The notes beneath the pieces were generated by a model. It searched no databases. It was given only the letters and a program-made list of their open reading frames with translations, and was not told where the DNA came from. The translations under genes were made by a program, and so were the position numbers. Shown piece by piece: positions 47,893-55,436 of a stretch of DNA of 55,436 nt. The stretch spans positions 1,554,242 through 1,609,677 of the forward strand of contig WELB01000004.1 in assembly GCA_009602725.1 (NCBI GenBank), given 5' to 3'. This DNA comes from Spirogloea muscicola (taxonomy: Eukaryota). Numbering within the stretch: position 1 is the first letter of the stretch; every line of letters starts with the position of its first letter.

Positions 47893-47977
47893 CCAACAGG
47901 CCCACCCGCAGTCGTCGCAGCAGCAGCAGGGCCTGTACCAAGGAGTGTACGCCAGTCAAGGCTGGCAGCCCCTGTAA
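43425..47977 (+). CDS. PRMT4: Protein arginine N-methyltransferase 4 (CARM1/PRMT4); 5' partial
   Basis: [120 protein letters not shown], and a poly-Q tail. Stop TAA at 47975-47977. Confidence 0.96.
46739..46800 (+). repeat. 31-bp tandem duplication in PRMT4 intron
   Basis: atatgctcaagaagcagc(g/t)taagcggtcat occurs twice in tandem. Confidence 0.9.
47858..47892 (+). repeat. (CAG)n coding repeat (poly-Gln) in PRMT4 last exon
   Basis: About 11 consecutive CAG codons in the frame ending at TAA 47977. Confidence 0.85.
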
Positions 47978-49964
47978 ATGATTGTATGGCCGCCCAGGTT
48001 TAGGTGCCTGGCCTAGTCTGTTTCTGAGTTGCCCCTTAGAACTCATAGTCAGCATGCATTCTCCATCTTCCTCAACTCAAACAGCAGCTGTAAGTCTTTT
48101 AGCAATGGTTTTGGTCCACCAGTTGGGGTCCTAGCTCAGGTCGTCCTGCCGAGTCCGGCAAATCGAACGCCTGCCCCCAGCTGCCCAGTAATTGCATCGT
48201 CCAATGTGGCATGCCATATTCCCATACCACAAGGACGAAATTCATGCAATTGCGCCAGCTCTTTGGCAGCTAGCTAGTCTTCCCAAGTCCTGTTGCCAGG
48301 CGTGACAAGATGAGGACAAGGGAGTGTGGGGCATCACTTGCTAGGTCCTCCTTCACGGATCCGCAGATTACAACAGCAGATCACAACAATTTCAAAAGGC
48401 AGCATCTTGGGGAAGGCATAAATCAGCTTTGTGCCATCTAGGCAATTGTGTTGGTCCCATTGGCTTTTGGCAGTAGAGTTGTGACACACTTTCTGACTCC
48501 TTGCCAAGCATAGCCTGCCCTTCTGCACAGTCTGCGGGGCCCCTTTGAACCTTCAGATTGGCATGGAGTAAGTACATATGCAACCCGGGGACTGCACTTT
48601 GCAATCTGGTGGCTGTATGAGCTGTGAACATAAGTCTCATTGTTGTCTAAGATGCTTGCTGACAGCGTCAATAGAGAGTGCGACGTCGTTTACGCGCTTC
48701 TTGAAGCTCCCATTAGCCATGCTAAGGGCGTAGGCGAGCGCGTCCAGCGGATGGCAATCCAACCTGACAGCTTTGTCATTACTGTGGGCCTCTTGTTAGA
48801 ATGAAATGTTTCTCCTTTCTTACCTTCTGAATCCAACTTCAAGCGCATACTTTCAGCCCTCCTTCTGCTGATGTTGGCCACGTGCTCTACCTATGCGAAA
48901 GCCATGCACCTGCCTTCAGAGTTGGTGCAGCACAAGTAGGTTGCAAGTATCATGGCTGTGGAGACACTGCAACACGCAAGGCAACTTGCTTAGACCGCCT
49001 GTAGCTTCTCTGTCTCCACAGTCCACTGCTTCTTTGCCTCCCGTCTTGGCACTTGTCACAGCATGCACTGCTCTTTGCTCTTTCCCACTATGTCTTTGGA
49101 GCCGGAGTTGAAGTCCTTGAAAAGCGAGGGGCTGCCTGGCATGTCTGTGAAAAGCATTGAACAGTGGCTCGAGACTTCCCATCTTGCCTGTGAGTGTCAT
49201 GAAGCAGCGCAAATCGTGTGCAAAGATGACCGAAGCCAGAGTACCTTGCACCAGCTTAAGAGTGTCATGCATCTCCATCAGCGATCAACATACTGCAAGA
49301 GGCCTTCTACAGGAAGTCTCGTCAAGCCCTGCACTTGTAAGGCTGGGGTGCGACCACCCATAAGTGTCACCATTTCCTGTACAAATATTGCCAGCATTAC
49401 CAGCATTTAGCGGCACATATCCTTTGCTGTCTCTTGCAGCAGCGTGGTAAGCCCCAAAGCGCGAGCGCTGCAACCCCTGGCCATCTGGGCCTCCCAAGCA
49501 AGGCTGGCCATGTGTCGCTGCACGGTTGCTGCATAGCTGCCAGTGGCTCGCTGCTCGCTGCTCGCTGCCATAAGGAGTGCTCGGTCGAATAGCATCTCAT
49601 TGTGCCAAGCCAGCGGCAAGCCCACGCACGCGTCAGAGGCTAAAAGAAGTCCACTCTGGGCTCCCGGGTTACGCTAACACCTGGGTGTTAGCGCTGACTT
49701 GGGTGGACAGCATCATGTTGTGCCAAGCGAGCTGCATTTGACCGAGTGGTGGCCGTTACTGCTCGGCCCTGAGCTCGGGCGCGGTTGTGGGGGTAGATCT
49801 AGCATCTGACAGGCTGACAGGCAGCCTACGCCGAGCTGTCTCTGCAACAACGGGTTCTGAGTGCCAGTGTTCGAGACCGTGGACGAGCCGCATGCCAAAC
49901 ACAGCTGCCGTGGAAAGGCCACCCTTACACTTGATCTCCTGATTTCTTGATATTCTTGAATCAA

Positions 49965-50022
49965 GGTTTGGGGTTTGGGGGTGCAGGGTTTAGGGGTTTA
50001 GGTAAACGGGTTTAGGGTCTGG
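49965..50022 (+). repeat. Degenerate TTTAGGG telomere-like repeat
   Basis: ggtttggggtttgggggtgcagggtttaggggtttaggtaaacgggtttagggtctgg. Confidence 0.75.
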
Positions 50023-51183
50023 GACCATATGGAGCCCGATGGAGAAGGCGCCGGCAGGGAGCCCACGCAAGGCGGCGCTCGCAGCCGGCGCCCGCCGGAG
50101 CCCTGACGGCGACGCGGCGGAGGCAACGGCCCTTAAGGCTTGCGGTTTGCAATCTCGAGACACGAGGCTCGAGCCGCCACGAAGGCGCTTTCTCGCTCGG
50201 CGTCCCGGAAGCCGGCAGTGCCGCCGCCGGCAAGCGCAGCAGCCCGTCGCTGCTGCCGCCGCCACAGCACGGCGGGGAAGAGGCGGGCGCGGCTGACGCT
50301 ACGAGGGCATGGCGGCGGCGGCGGCGGCGGCGGCGGCGGGGCGAAAGGGCGGGTAGGGGTCGGCGGCGAGGCCCTCGGCGGCTGGCTCGAGAGGGCATCA
50401 ACCATGAGCGCACAGTCCCATATGCCCCCCAACAGAATGGCATTGCCGAAGACTTTGAATATGATCTTGCTGGAGGCTGCGAGGTGCATACTCCAAGAGA
50501 GTAAACGACCTGACGGCTTCTGGGTGAAGCTATGTGTACGGCGGCATATCTGCGAGCAAGGTGCCCAACAAGGGCAGTGCAGGGGAGAACGCCGGAAAAA
50601 GTGTGGACGGGTCGAAAGCCAGACGTCTGACACCTGAGAGTCTTCTGGTGCAACGCATCCGCGCACAAGCCCATGGATTTGCGTAACAAACAGGACCCCA
50701 AGAGCACCAGGGCCATCTTTGTGGGGTCGATGGTTGGTCATGTTGTCAACACAGTCCATCTTAGTCAATATGTGTTGTGCAACAGATGGGATAAGTATTG
50801 ACCACACATGTGTGCCATGTTTGCTTCTACAAAGCCATGTTTTCTAAAAGGTGCAGAGCGTCTTCTATGTGGATATGCTCACATCGACATTTCTTTGCAA
50901 TCATGTGTTACAGTCCGTCATCTAAAAAGAGAGACTCACAGAGGTACTTTTACATAATCTTGTATATGAACATTGCAACTGACAGCAGTGCTGCATAAGG
51001 TGACTGAGAAGCACCTCTAATGTACCCATGGGCAATCACCATAAGTGGCTCAAATGACATGTACTGCAAGGGTGTGGGAAGCAAGTGCCTAAGGATGGCA
51101 GCAAATATTTATCTTCCAACAATTTCAACTAAAAGGCGGCAATCCACAATGCACGTGATTCTACAGAACGCCCGCACCCCAGN

Positions 51184-53323
51184 TCGCCGGCGGCGGCGGC
51201 GGCCGCGGCGGAGGCGGCGGCGGCGGTGTGGACGTGGGTAGCTGGCGACGGCAGCGCGGCGAGGGCTTCGCGTTCCTGGTGCCGCCGGGGTTCGAGGACG
51301 TTCTGCCGCCAGAGGAGGTGAGGGGCGGAGGACCCGCCAGCGCCGCGCGCCGTCACCAGCCCCGCCGCTAAGCCTGACAGTGGCCGTTTGCGCAAGTTGC
51401 TGTCAAGCCCTGCTCCTGAACGCCCCTCCCTCAGCCTGGTTATCAAATTGCCCCTCACATTACTTTAACCGCCACCCTTAGCCTCATAGCAACCCCCGGC
51501 ACTTCAGGGTCAGTGGTCGGGAACATGCGAGCTTGGACGTCTTGCCAAGTGCCTGAAAGTGGGTCCTCGAGTTTGAGCAGGATAATCTGTGCTTAGGGGG
51601 TTTGCAGGGTCAAGATCTGTGGTGAATCAACGAACCTATATGTCCGGCCAAGTCCTGGTCATGGGTCCTTGAGACTGAGCAGGACGGTCTGTAGCTAGGG
51701 CCCTCTTGCTGGCTTTGGGCCAAATGTCGTCCAGCTCTGGTCGTGTCCGTGGTCGGTGGTCAGGCAGTGTGAGCCCGTGATTCTCTACTTCAGTCTCTTG
51801 ACCCCCTCCTGCTTGGCTTACGGCTTAGGGAGTACATTGACGTCCGCGCCGGCGCTCATGGACGTAGTTGGCATGACGCCAACAAGGCTGCATGTTGGCA
51901 CATGCGCAGGCCACGGTGCGCTCGACCGTCTCAGAGGGCAAGCCGGCCACGCCCTTCTCCGCCCGCTACGCCTCTGCCGACAAGTACGAAGTGCTACATT
52001 GACAGACATGCTGTCTTGAGCCCCTTACAGCTGTGACGCTTGATGGCAACTGAAGTCACACAAAGCAAGGTCGGGCTGTGGTGCCCGCCTAGGAGTGATG
52101 TTGCGGCCCAAATGGTGGAGGGAAGAAGCAGTGGTGGATGCGAGTCGCTTGTCCATCTTTCATCAACAGAACGACCGGCGCTCACCCTGGCCTCTGTCCA
52201 GGCAGGAAGTCTTGAGCGTCCTCATCCGCAACACACCAACTTTGCGGCTCTCCTTTTTTGAGGTGCGCTTCGTGGAGCGTATCCTTCTTGGGGGTGTCTG
52301 TCTGGATTGTCAACTTAGGGAGCACCCTCTCTTGCCGTAACCACATAAGTGAATGGAGCAGGGGCAGTTTCCAGGCACAACGAGCGAGATGCAGTGCTGA
52401 TGATTGATTTAAAGAGGTCGAAGACTAGCTGCTGATTGCTGTTGGCTCATAGGTGAAGGATGTCACACAGCTGGGTGAGCTGCAAGAAGCTGCAAAATTC
52501 CTCCTCCCAAGTACGCACGACAGGACCATCAATTATGGATATGGTTTTCTAACACCAGCTCTGCAGCTTGTGTATACAAGCGATGTCATCTTTGTGCTGC
52601 AGTCTAGCTTGTGTGTTGAGGTGTCACTGGCATCTGGGCCTGCCAACTACTCACTCAGCTGCTCTGCTTCCAGCCGGTGCAAAGGTGGTGTCTTCCAGAC
52701 TAGCCGAGCAGAACGACAAGTGCGTCCCAGTCCCGACTTCTGAGGCCTACTTTTGCTCTTCTCTCGCAGTTGATTGGTCGCCTCTCTGCTTGCTTCTTAT
52801 GTATCACCATCAGCAACAGCTTCTGGCATTGTAGGTTGACGGGTGACTAAAATCTTATTGGGCTGGCAGGCTGACTAGCAAAGTTGTGCACTTATAGGAA
52901 GTTACTTATTGTCAGTTGTGGCATGGTGCCCTCAGTCCTTGTCAGCTTCTTTGTCAGCAGGAAGTACTACCTCTATGAGTTCCGGGCTCGAGGGAAGAGG
53001 GTTGCAATGAGCGTAGCTGTCAACAAGGGGAAGGTGCTAACTCACCTGTCACCCACATTTGTGCACTTCAAGTCCGTGTGCTTGTTGACTGCTAGCTCTT
53101 GATCTTGAGCACAGGCATGGAGGATCATGATTCACAGTTGCGCGATGCCAAAGTACCAGTATATAGGGACGTGCTACTATTTCAAATGAGGATATTGAAG
53201 TTTCCATGAGGTTGCTTGCTGCTGCTCCAGGTCTATGTGTTTGGCGCAACAGCCCCAGAGGAGCGATGGCAGACAGATGCTGGCTTACTCCGTGCCGCCA
53301 CACAGCAGTTTGCCATCGTTTGA
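51184..53323 (+). CDS. PPD5: PsbP domain-containing protein 5 (thylakoid lumen); 5' partial at N join
   Basis: Seven exons give WRRQRGEGFAFLVPPGFEDVLPPEE / PFSARYASAD / EVLSVLIRNTPTLRLSFFE / VKDVTQLGELQEAAKFLLP / KYYLYEFRARGKRVAMSVAVNKGK / VYVFGATAPEERWQTDAGLLRAATQQFAIV*. This is collinear with recalled plant PPD5 motifs (GDGFSIRVPPEFED, EVLSVVIR, YYFYEF, VYIAGAAAPE). Confidence 0.88.
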
Positions 53324-53634
53324 CGTGAAGAGCCCTCAACACTCACTCCTCTCTTTGACCCTCTAAGAGCATCACAGTCAGAAAGTCTAAGCGTCGAATG
53401 CAGGCAGGCTGTCATTTGAAGGTTCAGATCCTGTGAGTAGTTAGACGTTGGCAAACAAACTGCTCAAACCGGGGTCCAGGTCTTGAGCTTAATTTTGCAG
53501 GTGGATTCTTTCCATACTGAGGGAGTTGGGCATTTAAAAGTCGTGAGGCAGTTCTACATAGCATTTGTGTATTGTACCACGAAGGACTCCCTTAGGAACC
53601 CTCACTTAGCACCTGCAAACCAGATACAGACGGA

Positions 53635-53730
53635 AAGCAGAGAAGCAGCTCTAGAATGTAAGGCAATGGCTGTAAAATGCCAGCCCAAAGAAACGAACAA
53701 GTTCTGAAAGGTCCAAAAGACGCCAAACAT
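53635..53730 (-). mobile_element. Solo 3' module of RLE retrotransposon
   Basis: Minus strand ...gaacttgttcgtttctttgggctggcattttacagccattgccttacattctagagctgcttctc, similar to the modules at 28380-28610. Confidence 0.7.
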
Positions 53731-54424
53731 TACCTTCCGTGAGTTCTGCGAGTGGACGCTCAACAGCCTCTTATCAGCAGGTGCAGATCGGATCAACTAG
53801 AGGCAGTGGCACAGCGGTGCCAGAAGCGAGGTGATGACTGGTTGCAATGGTCGCTCAAATATGCAAGCTAGGAACGTAAGACAGCAGCCGGAGAGTGGAT
53901 GGACCAATCGACAGATCAAATGCAACAGCCAGTATCGAAGGCCTGGTGCAGCACTTGACACGCGCAGCCTGCCAGTGCAAGGTGCTGCCACAACACAAAC
54001 AAACGCTCATGATGCGCGAGCTTGCTGGGGATATGTGTTCAACTCAGCACCGGAGATAAGCAAAAGCTTCTGACTATTACTGCGCTACACCGTGGTCGCT
54101 TATCAGCCGCACACCCAGTGGCGCAGGTTGCCAAGGAGGACAAGCAGGGTATCCGGGCCCAAGTACTGTGTCCCTCCTTCTGGCACTCTCTCAAGGGGTA
54201 GTCTATGGGCCGGTGGTCTCTTGAGACCAGGTACTGGGATGGCATGGTGGCTTTGCTGCTCATTGCACTGACACGATGGAGCACACAGGAAGCTTGGGAG
54301 AAACACGAACAAATTGCAGCATAACACATGAACAACAGGAGGTTGCTGCGGCAGGTGACCTGTCAAAAGCTGGTTGTGTGTGTTCAGCCAAAAGTCTAGT
54401 CCAGAGTATTGTGACTGGTATGAT

Positions 54425-55310
54425 AAGAAAGTGCTCGCCCATAGAGAAAAGGGGCTGGCAAAGCCAGCCCAAAAAAAATGGACAATGTCCAAAGCCAAAG
54501 AAAGAGAAGCCAGAAAAGGACTACAGTACAGAATACAAGACGATGCAGAGGGAAGCTCAGTACCCGCGAGTGAGCAACAGCAGGTCAGAGTAGCTCGCTG
54601 CAGGGAAAGAGGCACTCTGGCGACCCGGAGGCAGCAGCCATAGCGCGGCCAGCGCGCGCGTGGACCGCATGAGCCAAAGAGCGCCGGAGCGAGACCGCCA
54701 GCCTCATCAGAAGTACCTGAGCGAGGGAGCCGGCAGCATTAAAGCCTGGCGAACCCGGCCGTCGCTCGATGGCCTGCCGGGCAAGCCGCTGGAGGAGATC
54801 CAACCAGCCACTGCCAAAGGCCCCGTGAACGTCAATGGCGAGGGCCGCGAAGACATCGCCGGGAGGGTGGTCCGCGTACTTGCGCTCCTTACTCCGAGCC
54901 GCCAAAGCGACCGCGTGCCTGGCGAGCGTCGCCGAGACTTCGCGGGGATGGCCGAATCAACGCAATCTGCAGTCACCACATCAGCGATGATACGTGGACC
55001 TCCTCCGGGCGGGATGGCAACGAGGTCCGCGCGGCGGGTGTGAATCTGTCCGTCAGCGCCCCGCAGGATGGGCATGATCGTCGAGTTCTCCACTGCCACC
55101 TTGTAGCCGGCCTCAAGGAACACACCCTGCATGGCGTCTCGCAGGAGGTCATGTGAACCTGTCCGCTCGCCCCCGTGCGCGCAGCGGAGCATGTGGGCCG
55201 CCAGCGCCGCAGGGTCATCGTGGCGGGCACCGCACTCGCACTGTTGGACCCCGACGAGGCAGAGAGGGAGGAGGCCAAGGAACCGGTGGGCCGCCGTCCT
55301 GAATCTGACG
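54425..55310 (-). mobile_element. Longest 5'-truncated RLE non-LTR retrotransposon copy (CCHC knuckle + nuclease), frameshifted
   Basis: CECG-x11-HMLRC knuckle, RTGSHD, VE, RRADL, IIADVVT, SKERKY, FAALAIDVHG, RLAVSLRRS, ASYSDLLLLTRGY* (stop 54557-54559), with two frameshifts. 3' module and CACTTTC tail at 54425-54490. Confidence 0.9.
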
Positions 55311-55436
55311 AAAGGGCTCGCCCATAGAGAGAAGGCGCGCGGTGCGCATGAAACTAAAGCGAGGCCAATTCAAGCCAATACATTGTTGAGACAAAAACTA
55401 GCGCAAAGATAAGGGGGCCTTGTTGACCCATCAAAC
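55311..55436 (-). mobile_element. Upstream array members: short 3' tip plus 3' UTR of another subfamily
   Basis: tatgggcgagcccttt abuts the 5' end of the long copy. 55325-55380 matches 8911-8966 (gagagaa.gcgcgcggtgcgcatg...gaggccaattc.agcc). Confidence 0.7.

Noticed and set aside
49965..50022. Telomeric repeats as the target site of the RLE elements (as for Cnl1/MoTeR)
   Set aside because: None of the element junctions in this window abuts a TTTAGGG tract.
53760..54420. Possible coding remnant downstream of PPD5
   Set aside because: Only short ORFs with no recognisable motif or consistent splice model.

Overview
Intron-rich, GC-rich eukaryotic nuclear DNA of a green plant lineage. The land-plant-like gene set and TTTAGGG-type interstitial repeats suggest a streptophyte alga; this is an inference, not a verified assignment. 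Eight spliced protein-coding genes are supported: ERdj3A-like DnaJ/thioredoxin (+), DTX42-45-clade MATE transporter (+), AT3G26950-like putative glycosyltransferase with a very long acidic stem (-), TITAN9/Csm1-like kinetochore protein (-), CAND1 (+), an unrecognised coiled-coil/acidic protein (-), PRMT4/CARM1 (+) and PsbP-domain protein PPD5 (+). There is an 886-nt N gap and three single-N joins. The most striking feature is that five intergenic regions are packed with head-to-tail arrays of 5'-truncated copies of a restriction-like-endonuclease (RLE, CRE-clade-like) non-LTR retrotransposon family. At least five diverged subfamilies are intermixed in the same arrays. All end in an ...DLxLLxRGY*-type ORF terminus, most carry a covarying two-helix 3' RNA structure, and they end in CTT-rich rather than poly(A) tails. 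No full-length (RT-encoding) copy is in the window. Coordinates were read by eye, and TE boundaries are approximate (about +/-20 bp).
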